Notes: generated by a model from the sequence alone, not told the origin. A DNA stretch of 64,000 nucleotides from an uncultured virus (IMG/VR IMGVR_UViG_3300031525_000003) (IMGVR_UViG_3300031525_000003), one strand, 5' to 3'. Positions 41,175 to 51,261 are shown, counted from the first letter of the stretch. Program-made: numbers and translations.

Positions 41175-42200
41175 TCAGACCGTCTTGCAGAGCCAGTGCA
41201 GATTTTCTCCCGCTCGGAACGGGACGATGTCGCCCGGCAACCGTTCCGGCACCAGGTACGGATCCACCTTCTCCAGATCGACGTAGCGCTCGTTGAGCGG
41301 CAGCCCATAGAAGCGGGCTCCGAAGGCCGACGTGAACGCCTCCAAACGCTCCAGCCTGCCTTCGCGCTCGAACAGCTCCGCCAGCACCTCCATCGCCACG
41401 GGCGACGTGTAGATGCCGGCACAGCCGGACGCGCACTCCTTGGTATCGCGCAGGTGCGGAGCGGAATCCGTGCCCAGGAAGAACTTCGGGCTGCCGCTCG
41501 TCGCCGCCACAACCAGCCTGCGACGGTCCTGCTCCCGTTTCGCAATCGGCTTGCAGAAGTGGTGCGGCCGCAGCTTGTCACCCACGACATCGTCCAGGGT
41601 CAGAAGAAGGTGATGCACCGTGATCGTCGCAGCCACCGTATCCGGCAGCTCCTCGACCATCATGACGGCGTCCTCCGTCGTCACGTGCTCCAGCACGATG
41701 CGGAGCTTCGGAAAAACGTTGGCTAGCTCGTCCAACGTGTCGAGGAAGTGGCTCTCGCGATCCATGCAGAAGACGCCTGGCGTCTCGCCGTGGAGGCACA
41801 GCACCATCCCCTCCGTCTCCATCTGGGCGAAGGCCGGCCACAGGGACGTCATGTTCTTCACGCCGTCCTCGGAGTTCGTCGTCACGCCCTCGGGGTAGAC
41901 CTTGCCGGCGATAACGCCCGCATTCTTGGCCTCGGTGATCGTGCGTGGCGTCGTGGTACCCACCAGCTTGATCGTCATCAGCGGCTCGAACGTCGTTGCG
42001 CCAAGCGCCGTCGCTCCATCCTGGATCCGATGGCGATACGCGAGCGCGTCGGCGCCCGTCAGAATAGGCGGCGTGAGATTCGGCATGACCAGCGCCCGCC
42101 CGTAGATGAGCGCTGTGGGCGCAAGAACGTGGTCCAGTAGCTCGCCCTGCCGCAGGTGCACGTGGAAGTCATCCGGTTGCCGGATCCGTAGCGTCGTCAT
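41175..42200 (-). CDS. pyrC: Dihydroorotase (type II)
   Basis: PDDFHVHLR; VMPNL.PP; KVYPEGVTTNS; LHGE; LEHVTT; CKPIAK; FFLGTDSAPH. Confidence 0.95.
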   Translation of the reverse strand: MTTLRIRQPDDFHVHLRQGELLDHVLAPTALIYGRALVMPNLTPPILTGADALAYRHRIQDGATALGATTFEPLMTIKLVGTTTPRTITEAKNAGVIAGKVYPEGVTTNSEDGVKNMTSLWPAFAQMETEGMVLCLHGETPGVFCMDRESHFLDTLDELANVFPKLRIVLEHVTTEDAVMMVEELPDTVAATITVHHLLLTLDDVVGDKLRPHHFCKPIAKREQDRRRLVVAATSGSPKFFLGTDSAPHLRDTKECASGCAGIYTSPVAMEVLAELFEREGRLERLEAFTSAFGARFYGLPLNERYVDLEKVDPYLVPERLPGDIVPFRAGENLHWLCKTV

Positions 42201-42762
42201 GCGGCTCCTTGTGGTTCTTGGCAGGTGGGGCACACCCGCTGCTCGTTCGTTGCATCCAACGGCACGAACTCGTCGCATTCGCTGCATTCGACCGCCTCGC
42301 ACGTGTACTCGCAGTGCTTGCAGCCGAAGCGCGGATCGATGGGCTTGCCGTCGTCGTCGGTGAACTTCTCCATCCAGTGGTGGGCTTCGCCCTCGCATTC
42401 GGCACAGCGACGACAGGCGGTGAGCGTCTTCATCACGCAGTCCCCTGCGCCATCACGAACGTGCCGATGAGGTCGCGCACCGTCATTTCTCCGCCCTTGG
42501 TCCAGCAGAAGAACTCGCCCACGATCATCGCCGCCACCTGGTGGTACGGCACCGTTCCCACCATGCGGATCGTCGTCCGACCGCGGATCGAGATGCGCAT
42601 GCCCGCCTTGCGCAGTGGAATACGGATGCCATCGACGGTGCGCTTGACCATGGCAGCCAGGCTCCTGGGGAAGTCCTCTTCGTACGAGAACGTCGCCTTG
42701 CGACCACGACGCACGACGCGGATCCGCACTGCGTTCGGAAGCACGCCTTTGAACAGGCTCAT
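42197..42762 (-). other. Two small genes between pyrD and pyrC (42197-42436 Zn ribbon; 42433-42762)
   Basis: Coupled ORFs; multiple CxxC in the first. Confidence 0.55.
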
Positions 42763-42766
42763 GGCT

Positions 42767-43750
42767 TCATGGCTCCCTTGGGCTCATTCGTTTGTTGACG
42801 TGCCGGATGATGCCGGCAACGCGCCATGGACGAAGGATTGAGACCGAGCCCAGCTCGATGGCGGAAGCGCCTGCATCAATCAACCGATCCGCATCTCCAG
42901 AAGAGAGAATGCCACCGCCACCCACGATGGGCTTGTGCAGCCCGCTCGCTCGCGCAGCACGGATCCAGTCCTCCACGATGGGAAGGAGTGGCTTGCCCGA
43001 GAGGCCTCCTCCTCCAAGCTCGGACAGCGGGCTCTCCTCCGAGCCGAAGAGACCGCCCCAGTCGATGCGATCGGGCAGCTGGCCCCATGGGATCGTGTTC
43101 GAACAAACGATGGCGTCGCACACCTCGTGAGCCGCCAACTTCGCCGCCAGATGCGGAGGTACGAGGGCGTTCAACTTGACCATCGTGGGGATGCCCAGCC
43201 AGCGCGCACGGTCGAGGACAGACGTCGCCTCGTCCAGAAGATGGGAGGTGTCGAGCCCCACGTTCGGACACGAGAGGTTCACCTGCAACGCGATGAAGTC
43301 CGTCCCCACCGCCTGCACCAGCGGCTTGAGCGACTCGACGAACGAACCGGCCTCCGTGATCCGATCCTCGGCCGTCTTCTCCACCGACATGAACGACACG
43401 ACGAACCGAGCCGAGGCGTGCGACGTCCCGAAGCTCTTGTACTTCCGCCTCCAAAGCGCGATGAGCGTTTTGGCTCCCGGACCCGACAGGCCCACCGCGT
43501 TCAGCACGACCCCGGACAGCGGCTTGACCACGACACACGAGGGCGCCAGCGACCGCGGTCGGTGGTCGTCGTCGAGCGACATGTTGCCTTGTCGACGCAT
43601 CAGCGTCGTCGTCTTGGTCACGAACGTCGCGCCCTCGTACCGAAGACCGAGCGGACGTCCAAGCGCGTGAAACCAATACCCCTCCTTGGCGAACCCACGG
43701 GCGCCCGAGGCGTTGAAAACATGACCCCACTCGACGCCACGTAGCTTCAT
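42767..43750 (-). CDS. pyrD: Dihydroorotate dehydrogenase-family protein
   Basis: NASG; TKTTT..R.GN; LNAVGLSGPG; VNLSCPN; VKL; SNT; GGLSGKPL; IVGGGGI; AGASAI. Confidence 0.85.
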   Translation of the reverse strand: MKLRGVEWGHVFNASGARGFAKEGYWFHALGRPLGLRYEGATFVTKTTTLMRRQGNMSLDDDHRPRSLAPSCVVVKPLSGVVLNAVGLSGPGAKTLIALWRRKYKSFGTSHASARFVVSFMSVEKTAEDRITEAGSFVESLKPLVQAVGTDFIALQVNLSCPNVGLDTSHLLDEATSVLDRARWLGIPTMVKLNALVPPHLAAKLAAHEVCDAIVCSNTIPWGQLPDRIDWGGLFGSEESPLSELGGGGLSGKPLLPIVEDWIRAARASGLHKPIVGGGGILSSGDADRLIDAGASAIELGSVSILRPWRVAGIIRHVNKRMSPREP

Positions 43751-43764
43751 CTTGGCAGCGCACT

Positions 43765-43793
43765 GTATTACGACGTGTCTGACACGCCTGCAA
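43765..43793 (-). promoter_or_regulatory. pyrD promoter with operator (minus-strand GTCAGAC-N5-GTAATAC)
   Basis: Minus-strand TTGCAG-17-TAATAC; operator 43765-43783. Confidence 0.65.
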
Positions 43794-44380
43794 GCGTCTC
43801 GACGAGAGCCCTCGCTTACGGTACAAGTTTCGGGGTGGGCACGGAAAGCGAGACGACAGAGATCGTTCGCGCCTCGTTCTCTGCACGTTACGAAGCCTTG
43901 CAGGCCGCCATGGAGATCTGTCGCGCGTTCGCCGAACGAGCGCGTACGCACGATCCAGATCCCGACTTCCGTGACCACGCCGTCAACAGCGCCCGGTCCA
44001 TCGAGTACGACATCCGCGACCGGCTTCTCCATGCCGCCACCGCTCCGCCGCGAGCCATCCTCGCCGCGCTGCAAGCAACCTCCAGGATCACCATCGCCGC
44101 CGAGTGGGCCGACTGCAACACGATCGGCGCCCTGCGTCTTTACGCCGAGGGCATGTGGGTCCGGCGCCGCGCGTGGCCCGATCCCTCCTGGGCAACCGTC
44201 GTCCATGTGCAACCCATGACGCCCGGACCCGGCTGGTCGTTCAGCATGGGCTACGAAAAGGACGACTACCAGGGCGGCTTCTCGACCGCCGAGGAAGCAC
44301 AGAAAGCCGCCGACGAGCAACTGCGCAAGAGAGGCTGGCTGCTTCTCGACCACGAACAGACTCAACCAGGAACGGAGTGA
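43775..44380 (+). CDS. Hypothetical protein (true start probably further downstream)
   Basis: Protein-like body; GGF.TAEEAQ.AA motif. Confidence 0.5.
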   Translation: MSDTPASVSTRALAYGTSFGVGTESETTEIVRASFSARYEALQAAMEICRAFAERARTHDPDPDFRDHAVNSARSIEYDIRDRLLHAATAPPRAILAALQATSRITIAAEWADCNTIGALRLYAEGMWVRRRAWPDPSWATVVHVQPMTPGPGWSFSMGYEKDDYQGGFSTAEEAQKAADEQLRKRGWLLLDHEQTQPGTE

Positions 44381-44385
44381 GACCG

Positions 44386-44916
44386 ATGGAAAGCGAGAAG
44401 TGCGAGAGCTGCGGGACTGCGCTGCACACGGGCTCCGTCCCGAACGCGCGCTTCGATGACGCCGGCCAGATGCACGACGCCATGGCCTGCAGAGACATCC
44501 TTCGCGTTGCGCTCTCCGTGGCCAACACGCGCATCGCCGACCTCGACACCGAGCTGGCCTCCTCCAACCAGAAGAGAGATCAGCTCTTCAACGCCACGGT
44601 CAGCCAGACCGTCCACAGCGCCAACATGGAGATCGCGCAGCAGCTGGGCTACGAGCGGGGCGTCAAGGCCATGCAGAACGCCATCCTGGAGGGCGTCGTC
44701 GCGAAGCCTAACAATTCGGCGATGGCGCTCGCGTTCGCGAACCGACGGATCGCAGAAGCGACTCCTACGGCGCGGCCAGCATCCCAGGCATCGCCGCCAG
44801 CATCGAAGCCGCCAGCATCAGCGTCCCCGCGGCCTGCCTCCCCAGATCCCAGCCCGCCCGGGCATGGGCGTCCGTCGCGGCCTCCAGCGCGAAGAGGGCA
44901 TCCTTCTGGACGCTGA
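44386..44916 (+). CDS. Zn ribbon/coiled-coil protein
   Basis: GGAG RBS; CESC; 3' end overlaps the antisense gene. Confidence 0.5.
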   Translation: MESEKCESCGTALHTGSVPNARFDDAGQMHDAMACRDILRVALSVANTRIADLDTELASSNQKRDQLFNATVSQTVHSANMEIAQQLGYERGVKAMQNAILEGVVAKPNNSAMALAFANRRIAEATPTARPASQASPPASKPPASASPRPASPDPSPPGHGRPSRPPARRGHPSGR

Positions 44917-45130
44917 GCAGGAGATCGGGCCTGGGCCCGCGGTGACGCACCGCCGCCACCGTCATCGCCACCATGTCGATGCGCTGAAGAATCTCGTGCT
45001 TGTCGATCTCGATCGCGCTCTCGTGCGAGTCCGGAAGGTCCAGCAGCGTCCTCTTCAGCCACGCGAGCGTCGCGCTCGCCCGCTCGACCGGAGGAGACGA
45101 GTCGTCCGGCATGCCACCGACGCGCGTCAT
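44765..45130 (-). CDS. Helical hypothetical protein
   Basis: Coupled to 45127-45963. Confidence 0.5.
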   Translation of the reverse strand: MTRVGGMPDDSSPPVERASATLAWLKRTLLDLPDSHESAIEIDKHEILQRIDMVAMTVAAVRHRGPRPDLLLSVQKDALFALEAATDAHARAGWDLGRQAAGTLMLAASMLAAMPGMLAAP

Positions 45131-45963
45131 GCGCCCACCCGCTCGCGAAGAATGCGCGCCATCGTCCGGATGTGAGACGCCTGCCCTTGGAAGTAGTCCG
45201 GGCTCACCCAGCGATGCGAGATGACGGAATGCCCTGACGACGGACCTCGACGCAGCTTGGGCGCCGCTGCAACCTTGCGCGCCTGCTCTGCGGCGTACTT
45301 CCGCCAGACGGCCTCATGACGCGCGAGGCTCTCCTCCAGGTCTTTCCCGTCGTAGAGATCGATCCAGACTAGACGCACCAACCGGAAGGCCTCCGACTCC
45401 GCCTGGTCCGTGCCCGAGAAGGATTGGATCATCCTGTCGGCACGCTCGCCCGCGTTCCTCGCTTCCTTGAGGTACGCCTCGCGAAGCGCATCGCTGGTGG
45501 CGGCGGGAGCCGCGTTGCCGTGCCGGCGCTCGGCGACAATCACGTGCCTGGGGTCCACTGCGACGCTGGGGCCCATCCAGGGCGCCACCAGCAGCTTGCC
45601 AGCACCCTGGTGGATCAGGCGTCCGCGTAGCCCCGCACGAGGACCACGCACCACCAGAACGTCGTCGCCCTGGCCGGCGTCCTCCGTCCGGTTGCCCGCA
45701 TGACGGTGCTGGGGCTTGCGGTCCTCCATCGCCAGAAGATCTGACGGGGACTGCCAGCTGCTCTGGCCGGCAAAGTGCGCCGGACGGACCGCCACGCGTC
45801 CCTTGGCCTCGTCGACACGGGCGATCTGGTAGTCGGTCGCGCCCCCCTCGAACCGCACGACCAGGCCCACGGCGACGGGCACCGTCTTGCCCCAGTGGAT
45901 TCCGCTCTTCAGCCTCATGCGCGCCTTGCGAGTGTACCAGATTGTCCTATTCGGACGCTTCAC
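45127..45963 (-). CDS. Modular protein (SH3/KOW-like modules plus helical domain)
   Basis: GDDVLVVRGP.AG.RG; modules separated by HRHAGN and RRHGN. Confidence 0.6.
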   Translation of the reverse strand: MKRPNRTIWYTRKARMRLKSGIHWGKTVPVAVGLVVRFEGGATDYQIARVDEAKGRVAVRPAHFAGQSSWQSPSDLLAMEDRKPQHRHAGNRTEDAGQGDDVLVVRGPRAGLRGRLIHQGAGKLLVAPWMGPSVAVDPRHVIVAERRHGNAAPAATSDALREAYLKEARNAGERADRMIQSFSGTDQAESEAFRLVRLVWIDLYDGKDLEESLARHEAVWRKYAAEQARKVAAAPKLRRGPSSGHSVISHRWVSPDYFQGQASHIRTMARILRERVGA

Positions 45964-46013
45964 GGATCCGAATTGGCGGACCTTCTCGGATCCGTTGTAC
46001 CATCGAACGCACC

Positions 46014-46874
46014 ATGGGAAGAATCATCACCAGGCCGGACGGCAGAGGCTTTCACATCGGCGGACGCCTCGTCCCCAAGGCCCGGCACAGGTTTTCGCTG
46101 CACGATCCGAAGTACGGCCTGAACCTCCAGAACTGGCCCGCGACCCCCGCGTCGACCAGCTACGGGCAGGCCGCAGCCGCGCAGCCTGTGCTCACCGACA
46201 TCCTGGGCAACGACACCCTGGGCGACTGCACCGAGGCCAACAGCTACCACCTCCAGGCCCTCCGCCAGGCGGCCGCCGGAAGCCCCGTCTTCCACCCCTC
46301 GCTCGACCAGGTCATCGCCACCTACAGCCGCGACGGCGGCTACATCGTCGGCCAGCCGAACACCGACCAGGGTTGCGACGAGGTCACCGTCCTCACGAAC
46401 GCCACGAACCTGGGGATCAGCAGCGCCAACGGTGTCGACAAGCTCGCCGCGTTCATGCTCGTCGATGCGACCAACCGCGACCTCGTGCGCGCCGTCGTCA
46501 GCGCCTGCGTGGGCGCAGCCATCTGCATGGGGCTCCCGGACGCATGGGTCACCCCCTTCCCGTCCGCGCCCGGCTGGACATGGGACGTCCCCTCCGGCGG
46601 CTTCGTCAGCGATCCCTCGAATGGTCACTGTTTCACACTGGGCGATCAGAGCGACGCGGCGCTCCAGTGCTGGTCGTGGGGCATGCCCTTCACCCTCACG
46701 TACGACGCGCTCGCAGCCGGCGCCGTCGAGGCCAACGGCGGCGACCTCTACCTCCTCGTCGACCAGGACATCCTCAACGCGGTGTCGCAAGCCGCTCCCG
46801 ACGGGCTCGACTGGGCGCTGCTCCAGTCCGACATCGCCGCCCTGAACCTCCCGGTGCCGCCGCCCGGCAGCTGA
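46014..46874 (+). CDS. Papain-like (C1-type) cysteine peptidase
   Basis: LGNDTLGDCT; DQGC; GHC; WSWG. Confidence 0.65.
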   Translation: MGRIITRPDGRGFHIGGRLVPKARHRFSLHDPKYGLNLQNWPATPASTSYGQAAAAQPVLTDILGNDTLGDCTEANSYHLQALRQAAAGSPVFHPSLDQVIATYSRDGGYIVGQPNTDQGCDEVTVLTNATNLGISSANGVDKLAAFMLVDATNRDLVRAVVSACVGAAICMGLPDAWVTPFPSAPGWTWDVPSGGFVSDPSNGHCFTLGDQSDAALQCWSWGMPFTLTYDALAAGAVEANGGDLYLLVDQDILNAVSQAAPDGLDWALLQSDIAALNLPVPPPGS

Positions 46875-47288
46875 CGCGGACCACGCCACCCGTGCGGTTT
46901 TTCCGACCGCCACAAGAACGCCCACTGGAGTGGAGGCTGGGGCAGCTCCGCGGCATCGCAGCGGGCACACATCCACCCAGTGTCGGCGTCCGACACTGCC
47001 ACTGCAGTCGACGCTGGACGTGCGCCGTCTGCTCGAATCCGTTTGCGTGCTGGACCGTCTGGTCCTTCCTGTGGAAGGCTCTCCCGCCGTCCATCCACGA
47101 CAAGAAACTCTGTCGGCGATGCTACGGCACCGCACTCCTCGCCGCACTGAACGCGACGCCTCCTCCACAAGCCGACATCATGCCCGCGACGGCGGCAGTG
47201 GGACGCAGACGATCCAGGATCCGCGCGCGACGCTAGGACGCCCTTCCAAACTTGCCACATGTGGGGGATCTGAGTCATTCTTGTATCT

Positions 47289-47633
47289 GTGAGCAGCCTG
47301 CATTCCCCACTGCCGCCCGGACCGGTGCCGACCATCGAGACGATCAGCGCGCGCCTGGACCACTGCATCACGGTTATCGAGGTCATGGCCAGCCGCGTCG
47401 AGTCGATGGACGACCGATGGGACACGAGGGTGTCCGAGCTAACCAAGCGCGAGCGTGCGCTGTCCTCCCTGGCAACCAGACTGGGGACCACCGGGCTACG
47501 ATTGTCCGCCGCCAGCCTGATGCCCAAAGGACGCTGGGTTGTTGCTACATCCCTTGGCGCCTTTGTCGGCGGCATCTTCGGCGCCATGATCTGGCAGCTG
47601 CTTCACGCCGCCAGCGCTCTCGCCGGGCCGTAG
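47289..47633 (+). CDS. Coiled-coil protein with C-terminal TM (holin-like?)
   Basis: WVVATSLGAFVGGIFGAMIW. Confidence 0.5.
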   Translation: MSSLHSPLPPGPVPTIETISARLDHCITVIEVMASRVESMDDRWDTRVSELTKRERALSSLATRLGTTGLRLSAASLMPKGRWVVATSLGAFVGGIFGAMIWQLLHAASALAGP

Positions 47634-47635
47634 GC

Positions 47636-48025
47636 TTGCGCTTCGCAGATCTCGCACCCGAATGGATGCGCCATGAGCTGCGCACCGAGACCTGGAGACG
47701 CTCCATCGGCGAGAACTGGAAGTCCGGCGATCCCACCGAGGAAGTCACCGGGCCGCGCGAATACCACATCGTCGTCGACCACATGGCCGAAGCGCAGGGC
47801 GTGTCGTTCTTGTGCCCACTCTGCCGTGACCACCACATCCTCTGCTGGTTCAAGGAGCGCGGCGTGCCGGACGATGCCGTCCCGGGTCCCGGCCGGTGGA
47901 TCGCGCGCGGTACCGACGCCAACAACATCACGTTCGACAACGACGGCAACCGCTCCGTGCTACTGACACCGCCCAGCTGCGGCGCTCACTTCCACGTCAC
48001 GGATGGCGAGGTCACGAACGCCTAG
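47636..48025 (+). CDS. DUF6527-like Zn-binding protein
   Basis: GVSFLCP.C...W...G...T...SV...C.AH..VT.G. Confidence 0.5.
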   Translation: MRFADLAPEWMRHELRTETWRRSIGENWKSGDPTEEVTGPREYHIVVDHMAEAQGVSFLCPLCRDHHILCWFKERGVPDDAVPGPGRWIARGTDANNITFDNDGNRSVLLTPPSCGAHFHVTDGEVTNA

Positions 48026-48723
48026 GTGTCGCCTTCGTCGAGCGCCAGGATCTCCTCCAGCGACAGTGTCGCGCCCGTGTCGATGTACCGAGCCCACGCC
48101 TCGGCGTGTTCACGAGCGCACAGACCGCGCACCACTCCCTCGCTGAGCCTGATGATGGGCTTACCGTCCGTGCTGCTACGCGGCCGGATCCGTATCTCGC
48201 GCGGCGGGTAAACGGTCAGCTCCAGCGTGAAGACATCCGGCACCTCGACATGCGTGAACTCCATCGGCTGGCCGTGCTTCATGATGCTCACGCGACGCAC
48301 CTCGAAAGTCCATCCCAGGCCACGGACGTGCTCGATCACATCCTCTGGATCGTCGGCGAAGAGGTGGATGTCGATGTCGCTCCCATGACGCACGTGACCC
48401 GTCGCCACCGATCCGATGAGCCTCGGAGCAAAGAAGGCCAGCTCGGCCATCGCCTCGATCGCCGCGACGCGCATGGCAAAAAGACGCCGCGTCCGCGCAT
48501 CGCCTTCGATGTCCTCGACGAGTTCGAGGAGAGCCTGCTTGATCTCTCCGTTGGACGGCAGATCGCGCGTCCTGCACCGGTGGTTGGGGGACGAGCGCTT
48601 GAGAAGGCGCTTGGCGGCGAGCCTCTTCGCCGTGAAGTACTGCTTCACGCCCTCTCCGTACATGATCTGCGCGGCCAGCTGCGCAATGGCCTCACGAAGG
48701 CCGCCAAAACGCTCCCAGCTCAC
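48022..48723 (-). CDS. Pol-beta-superfamily nucleotidyltransferase
   Basis: PRLIGSVATG..R.GSDIDIHLF; N-terminal YF.AKR.AA...DLPSN.EI. Confidence 0.85.
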   Translation of the reverse strand: MSWERFGGLREAIAQLAAQIMYGEGVKQYFTAKRLAAKRLLKRSSPNHRCRTRDLPSNGEIKQALLELVEDIEGDARTRRLFAMRVAAIEAMAELAFFAPRLIGSVATGHVRHGSDIDIHLFADDPEDVIEHVRGLGWTFEVRRVSIMKHGQPMEFTHVEVPDVFTLELTVYPPREIRIRPRSSTDGKPIIRLSEGVVRGLCAREHAEAWARYIDTGATLSLEEILALDEGDT

Positions 48724-48741
48724 GACAACACCGAGTTCAGC

Positions 48742-49215
48742 TCATGGTTGTTCGCTTTCATATGTGGACGGGAGCAGCGCCCCCGCCTCGCCAAGGAGGA
48801 TGTCCAAGGCAGCTTCTGGTTCCAGGACCCGTGCATCGATTAGCCGGCCGCCCAGATCCCATCGGCGGAGGCTCGTAAGATCGTCAAGCTCGCGCGTACC
48901 GCGGTACCGGCGACGCGCCAGCCGCGGATCGCGCAGCAGGCAGAGGTGATGCCTCACGAGCCAGACGATTCGCGGCGACACGAGTCCTTCGAGTAGATCG
49001 GCGCCGCTCTCGTCGTGGCTGCCTGCATCCTCCGCCTTCCCCACATCGTGCAGCAGCGCTGCCGCCCACAAGACGGGGTCATTCGACTCGCGACGAGCGA
49101 TGTCGAACACCTGAAGAGAGTGAAAGAGCGCGTCGCCCTCCGGATGGTAACGCGGCGACTGCTCGATGCCGTCGAGCGCCAGGAGCATAGCGAGCAGATC
49201 TTGGCGGAGCGTCAC
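48742..49215 (-). CDS. HD-domain phosphohydrolase resembling the CCA-enzyme HD domain
   Basis: EQSPRYHPEGDALFHSLQV; AALLHDVGK; H...G; LVRHH. Confidence 0.88.
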   Translation of the reverse strand: MTLRQDLLAMLLALDGIEQSPRYHPEGDALFHSLQVFDIARRESNDPVLWAAALLHDVGKAEDAGSHDESGADLLEGLVSPRIVWLVRHHLCLLRDPRLARRRYRGTRELDDLTSLRRWDLGGRLIDARVLEPEAALDILLGEAGALLPSTYESEQP

Positions 49216-49289
49216 GACGGGCGGTGGGCGGCTGCCTTTCTCAAGTTCAGGAGTGGGTCGAACGCGCGGGCAGAGATGTCGTCGGCCAC

Positions 49290-49532
49290 TCAGCGCTTGT
49301 TGGCCGAAGCACGACGGTCACTCACTACGGGAGCGTCGTCCGGATTCCAATCGTGACCGCCGGAGAGCGCCCCGGTGGGCTCATCCTTGAAAATAACGGC
49401 AAGAACGTTTGCCGGCAAACGACGGGCACGCGAGAGCGAATCTTGAAGACGACGGCGAAACGCAGCCTCGCTGTCGTCGAAGCCGGGGGACCCAGCATCC
49501 CTTGACGGCCGTGTGTGATTGGAGATCGCCAT
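49290..49532 (-). CDS. Possible small protein or leader upstream of HD gene
   Basis: MAISNHTRPS... ORF; region also forms hairpins. Confidence 0.35.
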   Translation of the reverse strand: MAISNHTRPSRDAGSPGFDDSEAAFRRRLQDSLSRARRLPANVLAVIFKDEPTGALSGGHDWNPDDAPVVSDRRASANKR

Positions 49533-49672
49533 CAGAGCACCCGCTCGCAGAAAGGGTACAACATCCCGTACCTCCATGCCACGTACGTGAACCCCAGCGG
49601 CGCGAGCTTCTCTCGAACAACGTCGCTCGGCTCGGTGAACCCAACTCAACGGCCACGGTCGCCGCCAGAGAA

Positions 49673-49981
49673 TCACCGTCGTCTTTGGTTCTCGATGACG
49701 CCCCACCACCACCAGTCGCGTCCCTTGCCGGTGTCCGGCGACGCGTTGCCGGAGCGCGATCTCGTCGAGACGAATCCGCGGTCTTGCGCGTCGTTCGAGG
49801 AGAATCCATCCGGCAGAAGAGCGCCATCGGGCAGGACCAGGGTCGGAGCGTCCGGTGACAGCTTCAGCTTGACCTGCAAGGCCAGCCGGTCGGCCCGAGC
49901 CCTGGAGAGTCCCGTCTGGTACGGCGTCCACGACGCGTGCTCGCGCCACCAGACCGTGTACTTTCGAACCGCTCGCGTCAC
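49673..49981 (-). CDS. Hypothetical protein
   Basis: Coupled GTGA start; RSRSGNA motif. Confidence 0.45.
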   Translation of the reverse strand: MTRAVRKYTVWWREHASWTPYQTGLSRARADRLALQVKLKLSPDAPTLVLPDGALLPDGFSSNDAQDRGFVSTRSRSGNASPDTGKGRDWWWWGVIENQRRR

Positions 49982-50292
49982 TCCGACGCTCCAGCGTCCT
50001 TTGCGGTGCACGTCAGGCCCATCGCCTGGAGCTGTGCCACCGTCGTGGCCGATGCCACGTCCGCGCACGCCAGCGCAGCACCCGTGTCCGGGCGACGGAT
50101 CCGCACCGGACCCTGATCCCATGACGTGAACGACACCGCGCAGTCGGCCGGTTGTCCTTCGGGGCACCCCAGCTTCGAAGCCTGCGCGCACGCATCCTGG
50201 CAGGCCGTCGTCGACCCGCCGCTCTGCCAGACAACGACCGGCGGGCACGCGATGAGGCCCAGGGCCATCAGAATGAGCGCTGCGATCCTCAT
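49978..50292 (-). CDS. Cys-rich lipoprotein-like protein
   Basis: MRIAALILMALGLIAC lipobox-like; several Cys; DAG tail. Confidence 0.65.
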   Translation of the reverse strand: MRIAALILMALGLIACPPVVVWQSGGSTTACQDACAQASKLGCPEGQPADCAVSFTSWDQGPVRIRRPDTGAALACADVASATTVAQLQAMGLTCTAKDAGASE

Positions 50293-51239
50293 GCGGCCTT
50301 CTTCCAGTGCGCCTGCAGCGTACCCCCAGCGACCGGCGTCACGTCCCAGACGCAGAACGAGTCCATCGCCGCCAGCGCGTCCGCCTGCACCCGGTAGAGA
50401 CCACCGGAGATCCCCGCCACGTCACTCTCGCCCCAGCTCTCCCCCCACGAGTTGACGCCGTAGAGGACGAGGTTCGAGATCGCTGTCATGTCGATCTCCC
50501 CCGCCTGCAGACCCGACACGAACGCCGCGAAGGACGCCTCGTCGCTCAGCCACTGGTAGTCGATCAGCATCGTGTAGTGATCGAGCGTCCCCGTCATCGA
50601 TGCGGCGGCGATGACGCCGCCCGCGTAGTCGTCGAACGTCGTACTACTCGACGCCACCGAGTTCGAGACCGGGTACTGCGACGCCAGCGCCTGCATCACC
50701 TGCAGAAGTATCGAGGCGTTCGAACCCGAGATGAAGTACGCCCCCTGGAGCACGAAGTCCTTCGCGGCCTCCAGCTGCGCTGGCGTCGGCTCGTCGTTGA
50801 TCGTCGACGGGCTGGCGGGGAAGTTTCCCCAGGTCGCCGCCGAGCAAAGGCCGTACGTCTGCACGCCCTGCGCGCCTACGTCCGGATCGAGCCCGTTGTC
50901 GATCAAGAGCGGGAGCTTCCCGGTGACGTCCGGGACGCGCAGGATGTCGCGACCCACCGTGTAGCCACCGATGGGCGACACGAGAGCGATGGGCGCCTTG
51001 CAGAGCGAGAAGCGTGTCGTGACGCAGGCGGCGATGCTGAACCCGACGCACGCCGCCACGCCATCCTGGTCGAGGATGCCAGGACCCCCCAGCGCCATCG
51101 CCACGTACGAACGATTCGAGGTCACCAGCGGCAGCGCGCTCGCCCCCGCCACCTTGCCGCTGCGCGCAGCCAGAACGCGGAAAGCAACACGCCGCGCCAC
51201 CACTTCGGGCGGCGCGGCGCGGTAGCCTCTTCCGTGCAT
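50289..51239 (-). CDS. Papain-family (C1) cysteine peptidase
   Basis: ILDQ.GVAACVGF (Gln, Cys); DHY (His); NSWGESWG (Asn). Confidence 0.8.
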   Translation of the reverse strand: MHGRGYRAAPPEVVARRVAFRVLAARSGKVAGASALPLVTSNRSYVAMALGGPGILDQDGVAACVGFSIAACVTTRFSLCKAPIALVSPIGGYTVGRDILRVPDVTGKLPLLIDNGLDPDVGAQGVQTYGLCSAATWGNFPASPSTINDEPTPAQLEAAKDFVLQGAYFISGSNASILLQVMQALASQYPVSNSVASSSTTFDDYAGGVIAAASMTGTLDHYTMLIDYQWLSDEASFAAFVSGLQAGEIDMTAISNLVLYGVNSWGESWGESDVAGISGGLYRVQADALAAMDSFCVWDVTPVAGGTLQAHWKKAA

Positions 51240-51261
51240 GGTCAACACGAGAGAGCGCGGT

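Noticed and set aside
44765..44916. 152-nt convergent overlap with short GCCAGCATC repeats
   Set aside because: The plus-strand tail is low-complexity read-through, and the repeats encode MLAA in the minus gene
49216..49530. Several hairpins upstream of the HD gene suggesting an ncRNA
   Set aside because: No recognisable family features, overlaps a plausible ORF, and GC-rich stems arise by chance; would need an Infernal or covariation test
49529..49675. Protein-like frame continuing past two TGA codons (recoding?)
   Set aside because: TGA is used as a normal stop throughout the window and the reading frame here is ambiguous
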